This document shows, piece by piece, positions 58,750 through 64,000 of a stretch of DNA of 64,000 nt. The position numbers and the translations under genes were made by a program. The DNA is from Fimbriimonadales bacterium (GTDB lineage: Bacteria; Armatimonadota; Fimbriimonadia; Fimbriimonadales; ATM1), in NCBI GenBank assembly GCA_051003155.1, contig JBPCLO010000051.1, positions 64,001 through 128,000 on the forward strand, in the 5' to 3' direction. The notes beneath the pieces were generated by a model that saw only the letters and a list, made by a program, of their open reading frames with translations, was not told the origin of the DNA and searched no databases. Positions within the stretch are counted from its first letter, which is position 1. Each line of letters begins with the position of its first letter.

Positions 58750-61344
58750 TTATGAGGCCAATAGCCACGCTTGCCTTAGGTCCAAGGTCCTGCCTGCGGC
58801 CTCAAGCCTCTGGTATTCTTTCCTTCCCAAGCTTCGCGCAAGTTCCTGTTTGGCGATTCGGCTTGTTTCCTGAATTGCCGGGTGAATACCTCTCTCCACC
58901 CCCGCACGTACTCGATCGACCACCGAAAAGAGCTGAACGGCTGTCGGCTCGTTGCCTGTTTTCGCCGCCGCTATGCCCAAATGCACCAGCGCCAACGTTG
59001 CGCCGTCCGTGTCGGACAGATCGATGAAGATCGGAAGGCATTCGCCCAAGTAGGCTTTCGCGGCTTCGTAATCTTCGAGGTGGACGGCAATCTCACCCAA
59101 CAGCGCCAATGCCTTGCCCACATACCATCGATTGCGCAGATCTCGTTGAATTGCGAGGCTCTCCTCGATGGGTACGCGCGCCTTTGCGTACCGCTGCGAG
59201 TCATAAGCGACGCAGCCGATATTCATTAGCGAGGCGGCCACACGGGCACGATCGCCCAGTTTTCGAGCTATCTCAAGGGCTTGCTCATATCTCTCCCGCG
59301 CCAAATCGAGGTCCCCTCGGTCGCTAGCGACCATGCCAAGGTTGTGGAGTGCCGCGGAGGTGCCGCGATCATCACCCAACAATTTATATAAAGCAAGGGC
59401 TTGGGTGTGAAACTTCTCTGCGCCGTCCAGGTCGCCTTGTGGAAGTGCCAGTACGCCGATTGCATTGTAAGCCGATGCGCGGACATCGTCGGTAACGTGG
59501 CGCGCTCCTACCAACAGGTCGTGCAGCCATTTGCTGCCTTCAGAAAACTGACCGTGGTAATACCAATATCTCCACAGCGAAACGGCCATCTTGAGCGCCG
59601 GCTCGGTTTCATCCAAGTCCAACCCGGACCGCATCGCGGCGCGCAGATTTCCGCGTTCGAGGTCGAGGCGGGACATCCATTCCGCCTGGGCATCTCCGGT
59701 CATGCCTTCTTCAGCCTCGTGTGCGAACGACATGAAATACTGCAGGTGGCGATGGCGGACATCGGCTTCATCGCCGGTCTCGGAAAAACGTTCGAGCGCG
59801 TACTCGCGAATAGTTTCTAGGTACCGATAGCGCAACTCTCCGGCGAGACCCTCTTCGGTCATGACCAGAGACTTGTCGATCAGCGATGCCAAGACGTGGA
59901 TCGGGTCAATTTCCAACCGGCAAACTTGCTCGGCCGCCTCGAGCGTCCACCCGCCCGAGAAAACAGCTAGTTGCCTGAAGAGTCGGCGTTCCTGATCCAC
60001 CAATAGGTCGTAGCTCCAGTCGATAGCCGCGCGCAAGGTCTCGTGCTTGCTCAACTTACTGGGGCTGGCCCGGTGGAGAAGGTCGAGGTGCTTACCTAGA
60101 CGCTCGGCGATTTGCCTCGGGGCGAGAGCCTTTGTCCAACTGGCGGCCACTTCGATTGCAAGGGGCATTCCGTCGAGCCGGCGACATATGGAGGCGACGT
60201 GCGGGGCACTTGCCGAAGTGAGGTTGAACGACGATACAACGGATGCGCGATCGGTGAAGAGCTTGACAGCTGCGCATCGGGTTATGCTGGCCAGGCGGGT
60301 CTCGTCTACATCGGGAACGGACAGGGTTGGAACCCGATAAATCGCCTCGCCGTGTACGTGAACCGGTCCACGACTCGTCAAAACCCACTTGAGATTCGGA
60401 CACTGTGCCGACATGCCGCCAACGAATGCCGAAACACCTTCCAAAAGGTGCTCGCAGTTGTCGATGATCACCAGCGCTTTCTTGGGCTGTAGCCACTCGG
60501 CCAACGCCTCTTCGATTGTCTGACCTGTTCGCTCCGCCACCGAGAATACCGAAGCGACCGCGCCCACTACTGCGTCCTGGTTGGTCAGGGCGTGGAGTTC
60601 GACGAACCACACGCCGTCGACAAACTCTTCCAGAACTTGTTCGCCCAGCTTGAGACCAAGACGCGTTTTGCCACACCCGCCCGGGCCCGTCAGGGTTACG
60701 ATGCGAGACGCACTCAGCAGCTTGTTGATTTCGCGCAGGTCACGATTCCGGCCAATGAAGCTGGTGAGCTGGACCGGCAGGTTGTGGGGGCTCGTGTCCA
60801 GGCCAGCAAGCGGCGGAAAGTCCGCTTTGAGCCCAGGGTGTTCCACCTGATAAATCTCCTCAGGCCCTTCGAGGCCCCTTAGGTGGACCTTGCCTAACGG
60901 CTTTAGATTGGTTGCGGTCGATAGGTTCCCGACGCTATCTCGAACGGAGCGAGACACCAGTATTTGATCACCATACGCCACACCGAGAATTCTCGCACAC
61001 CGATTCAGCGCCGGGCCGTAAAAATCGCCTGCCCTGTCTTGGGCCTCGCCGTCGTGAACGGCCATTCGAACCCGGATTGGAGTCGCCTCGCCCCATATCG
61101 TGGCTCGCAGCCGAAGTTGCGCGTCGATAGCAGCCTGCACCGCATCAGCAGCGCTCTCGAAGCGTGCGAGAACGGAGTCACCTGCGCTCCGGAAAATGCG
61201 TCCGCCCTGCGATTCAACAGCCTCTCGCAGCACACGGTCGTGCTTCTCGAGGTCGACTTCCATACCGGCCGTATCCCTTTCCCAAAGTCCGCAGCTGTCC
61301 TCGATGTCGGTAAAAAGAAAAGTTGCCCTTTCAGAGCCTCCCAT
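58750..61344 (-). CDS. Class III nucleotidyl cyclase + NB-ARC/STAND ATPase + TPR protein
   Basis: FLFTDIEDS, GDS, YGPALNR; GPGGCGKT, IIDNCEH, LDGMPLA; C-terminal TPR repeats. Confidence 0.93.
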   Translation of the reverse strand: MGGSERATFLFTDIEDSCGLWERDTAGMEVDLEKHDRVLREAVESQGGRIFRSAGDSVLARFESAADAVQAAIDAQLRLRATIWGEATPIRVRMAVHDGEAQDRAGDFYGPALNRCARILGVAYGDQILVSRSVRDSVGNLSTATNLKPLGKVHLRGLEGPEEIYQVEHPGLKADFPPLAGLDTSPHNLPVQLTSFIGRNRDLREINKLLSASRIVTLTGPGGCGKTRLGLKLGEQVLEEFVDGVWFVELHALTNQDAVVGAVASVFSVAERTGQTIEEALAEWLQPKKALVIIDNCEHLLEGVSAFVGGMSAQCPNLKWVLTSRGPVHVHGEAIYRVPTLSVPDVDETRLASITRCAAVKLFTDRASVVSSFNLTSASAPHVASICRRLDGMPLAIEVAASWTKALAPRQIAERLGKHLDLLHRASPSKLSKHETLRAAIDWSYDLLVDQERRLFRQLAVFSGGWTLEAAEQVCRLEIDPIHVLASLIDKSLVMTEEGLAGELRYRYLETIREYALERFSETGDEADVRHRHLQYFMSFAHEAEEGMTGDAQAEWMSRLDLERGNLRAAMRSGLDLDETEPALKMAVSLWRYWYYHGQFSEGSKWLHDLLVGARHVTDDVRASAYNAIGVLALPQGDLDGAEKFHTQALALYKLLGDDRGTSAALHNLGMVASDRGDLDLARERYEQALEIARKLGDRARVAASLMNIGCVAYDSQRYAKARVPIEESLAIQRDLRNRWYVGKALALLGEIAVHLEDYEAAKAYLGECLPIFIDLSDTDGATLALVHLGIAAAKTGNEPTAVQLFSVVDRVRAGVERGIHPAIQETSRIAKQELARSLGRKEYQRLEAAGRTLDLRQAWLLAS

Positions 61345-61514
61345 GCGTTTTCTCGTTGTTCCCGGTTCAATTATACAGATGTGGCGAGTTAGGAATCCAC
61401 GGGCGTGAAATAATTTGTTGCGAGGCCATCCGGGTCGGCTGCCGATTTCCGTTGCTTTATCGTATGATGGTCGGAGGTTTCCGCTTAGCGGGAGCCGCTG
61501 AAGGAGGTTTGATT

Positions 61515-62132
61515 GTGAATTTAAGGAAAGCTGCGACAGTAGCGATCATAGTCGCCGCAGTCGTGTCAGTTACGGTGGCTCAAAGCCAGCCCCGCAGACA
61601 AGGGTCGGGCATGCGGGGAATGATGGGGATGGGTCTGCTGTTCAGGCCCGAGGTCCAAACGGAACTCAAGCTGACGGCCACTCAAAAGAAGAGCCTCGAC
61701 AAAATGCGGACGGACATGATGGCCGGCTTCCGCACGAACAACGCCAAACAGGTCACACCCGACCAACGCCATCTGCAGCTGCAAAAGGCTCAGGCTGGAA
61801 TTACAAAACTACTGACGAAGGCCCAGGCCAAGAGGCTCGACCAGCTGAGACTCCAGCAGTCCGGGGCGTTCGCGCTCACCGATCCCGCGGTCGCCAAGGC
61901 GCTCGCCCTGACAGCAAAGCAGAAGTTGCAACTGACGAAGATTCAAACATCGTCGTTCCGCCCACCCGCGCCCGTCGCTAAGGATTCGGCCCCTCGAAGC
62001 GTAGACCGCGCGGGCCTCGAAACCGCCAAGAAGAAGATGGAAGCTGTGCTGTCTGCCGGCCAGAAGGCCAAGTGGAAGGCAATGCAAGGCAAGCCGTTCA
62101 AGTTTCGAATGCAAGCGCGTCGCGCTGCCTAG
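61515..62132 (+). CDS. Secreted helical protein (Spy/CpxP-like repeats)
   Basis: GGAGG RBS; signal peptide; repeated LTATQK/LTKAQ/LTAKQK/LSAGQK. Confidence 0.72.
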   Translation: MNLRKAATVAIIVAAVVSVTVAQSQPRRQGSGMRGMMGMGLLFRPEVQTELKLTATQKKSLDKMRTDMMAGFRTNNAKQVTPDQRHLQLQKAQAGITKLLTKAQAKRLDQLRLQQSGAFALTDPAVAKALALTAKQKLQLTKIQTSSFRPPAPVAKDSAPRSVDRAGLETAKKKMEAVLSAGQKAKWKAMQGKPFKFRMQARRAA

Positions 62133-62188
62133 GCTACTAGTTCTTGCACTCGAACTGATGTCCGGAGCGGTCGATTCTTAGCAAGAAC

Positions 62189-62932
62189 GTGATTGCCGGG
62201 ATATTCCTGTTCGCTGGATTTGTGCTGCTCGTTCGAGCCGAATTCGGAACTCGCGCGACCGAGGCGCCCGCGAACATGGTCGCCGGGGGCGAAGCCATGA
62301 TGGGCGCTCGGAGGGTCGTGGCGGTCGTCGCACATCCGGACGACGCCGAGTATTGGATCTCAGGAACCCTAAGCCTGCTCGGCAAGGCCGGAGCACGGGT
62401 GGTGCTGGTCGTCGCGTCTAACGGGGAGAAGGGTCCGAACAAGGTCGGTGCTGCGAACCTTGCGCTTGCCCGCAAAGAAGAACAGTTGGCGGCGGGCCGG
62501 ATTATGGGATACGGCGAGATTCTATTCCTGGACCTGCCCGACAGATCCGTTGTGCAGGATCGGGACCTTAACCGGAAGATTACGCACGTACTCCTGCGGG
62601 AAAATGCTGACCTTGTAATTACTTTCGACGGTCTTAAGCCGCAAATGCCCTACTTGCATCCCGACCATGAAGCTCTCGGGCGCGTTGCCCGCTCGGCAGC
62701 GCTCGAGCTAGGAACCAAGCCGGCCCTTTATCTATTTCATACCAGGCGACCCAATACTGCCGTAGATATTTCGTCAGTCGGAGATGCCAAAATCGCCGCC
62801 TTTGCGGCTCACCGTTCGCAGCACGGGGGAGGCCATCGCGGAGGGCCGGTGAAAGCAAACCGGGCCTCCGGTGCGCGATATGGGCTGCCGCCAGCGGAGC
62901 TCTTCCGCGCAGTCAGACAAGTAATGCGATGA
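62189..62932 (+). CDS. PIG-L family deacetylase
   Basis: AHPDDAE, GEKG, HPDH, HRSQ. Confidence 0.9.
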   Translation: MIAGIFLFAGFVLLVRAEFGTRATEAPANMVAGGEAMMGARRVVAVVAHPDDAEYWISGTLSLLGKAGARVVLVVASNGEKGPNKVGAANLALARKEEQLAAGRIMGYGEILFLDLPDRSVVQDRDLNRKITHVLLRENADLVITFDGLKPQMPYLHPDHEALGRVARSAALELGTKPALYLFHTRRPNTAVDISSVGDAKIAAFAAHRSQHGGGHRGGPVKANRASGARYGLPPAELFRAVRQVMR

Positions 62933-63914
62933 AATCGTATCTGGAAATTACAACTGCGGGCCAATTTCGACGACCCCGAGCCGCCGCCTTGGATGCGTGT
63001 CGACAATTCGGAGTAGATCCCGTCGAAATACGGCCCCTAAATCACGGAGAAAACACGACCTTTCGGGTTACCGAAATGTCGGGAACAAAATCGACCGTCC
63101 GCATCACCGCGCGGGTTATCAGAGTCGAAGTAGCATCAGCTCTGAACTCGCGTTCCTTCGGGATTAAGCGAAAGGACGAGAATAAATGCGCCGGTCCCCC
63201 GACAGACCGCGTGCGGTGAATCAATTGTCGAGGTCCGTGCAAATGGGGTCGAAGGGACCAGGTTGGCAGCTGTATTCGGTTGGATCGAAGGACGATTCGT
63301 AGACGAACGGATCGCTGCGAAGCACCTAGCAGCAACCGGCGAACTAACCGCAACACTGCACAACTTCGCCGAGAGGTATGACTTTCCCAAAGATTTCGAA
63401 CGCCTTTCCTGGAATGACCCGATTCTCTTTCGCGACGACCTACGGCCACGCCTCGATGAGACAGTCAAATCCGACGTTTTCTTTAGCGCGTACGAACTGG
63501 CAATGAAACAAATCGCGGATTATGGGAAGAAGAAGGATTTCGGACTGATTCACGCCGACCTGCATTTCGGAAATGTTTTCTTTTCCAAATCCGGAATCGC
63601 CAGTTATCGATTTCGACGACCTCGGTTGGGCGCATCATGCTTACGACTACGCCGTTACCCTCAGTCAATTTCGTGGCAAGGACAACTTCGAGCACCTTCG
63701 CGAAGCTTATGGGGAAGGCTATTCTAAAGCGCGTCCACTGCCAAAAGACTGGCGGGAGCGTTTGGAGGTATTTATGGCCGCGCGTGTACTGATGATGACG
63801 GAATGGCTTTTTTCGAGAGAGGATAATCCAAGACTGCGCAGTTGGAGGGACAAGATGCTCCCGCGCCGGCACGGGGATCTCGAAAAGTACGTGGCTACAG
63901 GATCGCTGAGATAA
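62929..63914 (+). pseudogene. Phosphotransferase (APH/homoserine kinase type II), frameshifted three times
   Basis: HGENTTFRV...RIHRAGYQ, LIHADLHFGN, VIDFDD are spread across frames; shifts near 63105, 63163, 63601. Confidence 0.75.
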
Positions 63915-63923
63915 ACTGACATC

Positions 63924-64000
63924 ATGTCCTGGCGCGCGCTTTGGCCCGTCTTGGCGCTTGCACTCATCGCGCTGATCCCTACCGGAAAGTTCATTTTCGG
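63924..64000 (+). CDS. Start of a membrane or secreted protein (truncated by window edge)
   Basis: MSWRALWPVLALALIALIPTGKFIF... Confidence 0.5.
   Translation, partial: MSWRALWPVLALALIALIPTGKFIF

Overview
GC-rich bacterial chromosome segment. The style of its hypothetical and secreted proteins suggests Armatimonadota/Fimbriimonadia, which is an inference only. It is mostly scattered housekeeping genes (birA, nuoE, clpB, trpEG, prfB with its programmed +1 frameshift, fabI, acpS, purN, rnhB, lipB, purM, ftsH, tilS, pheA) plus three tRNAs (Arg-CCG, Gly-CCC, His-GTG), and many genes appear leaderless. Main points of interest: (1) a tandem of an intact DUF853/YjgR HerA-like ATPase and a catalytically eroded paralogue carrying an inserted staphylococcal-nuclease (SNase) domain; (2) a ~150-aa C-terminal domain shared without gaps by three secreted proteins, a candidate sorting/anchoring module; (3) a 2.6-kb integrase mini-island that duplicates the 5' half of tRNA-Gly instead of the usual 3' half; (4) a Cys-rich RAPP-motif leader ORF and hairpin ahead of a heavy-metal RND efflux operon; (5) a TlpA-like selenoprotein (U-G-A-C) with a SECIS-like hairpin; (6) two paralogous MSHH-start small proteins behind a cyclase-NB-ARC-TPR protein. 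All calls were made by eye; no searches were run.
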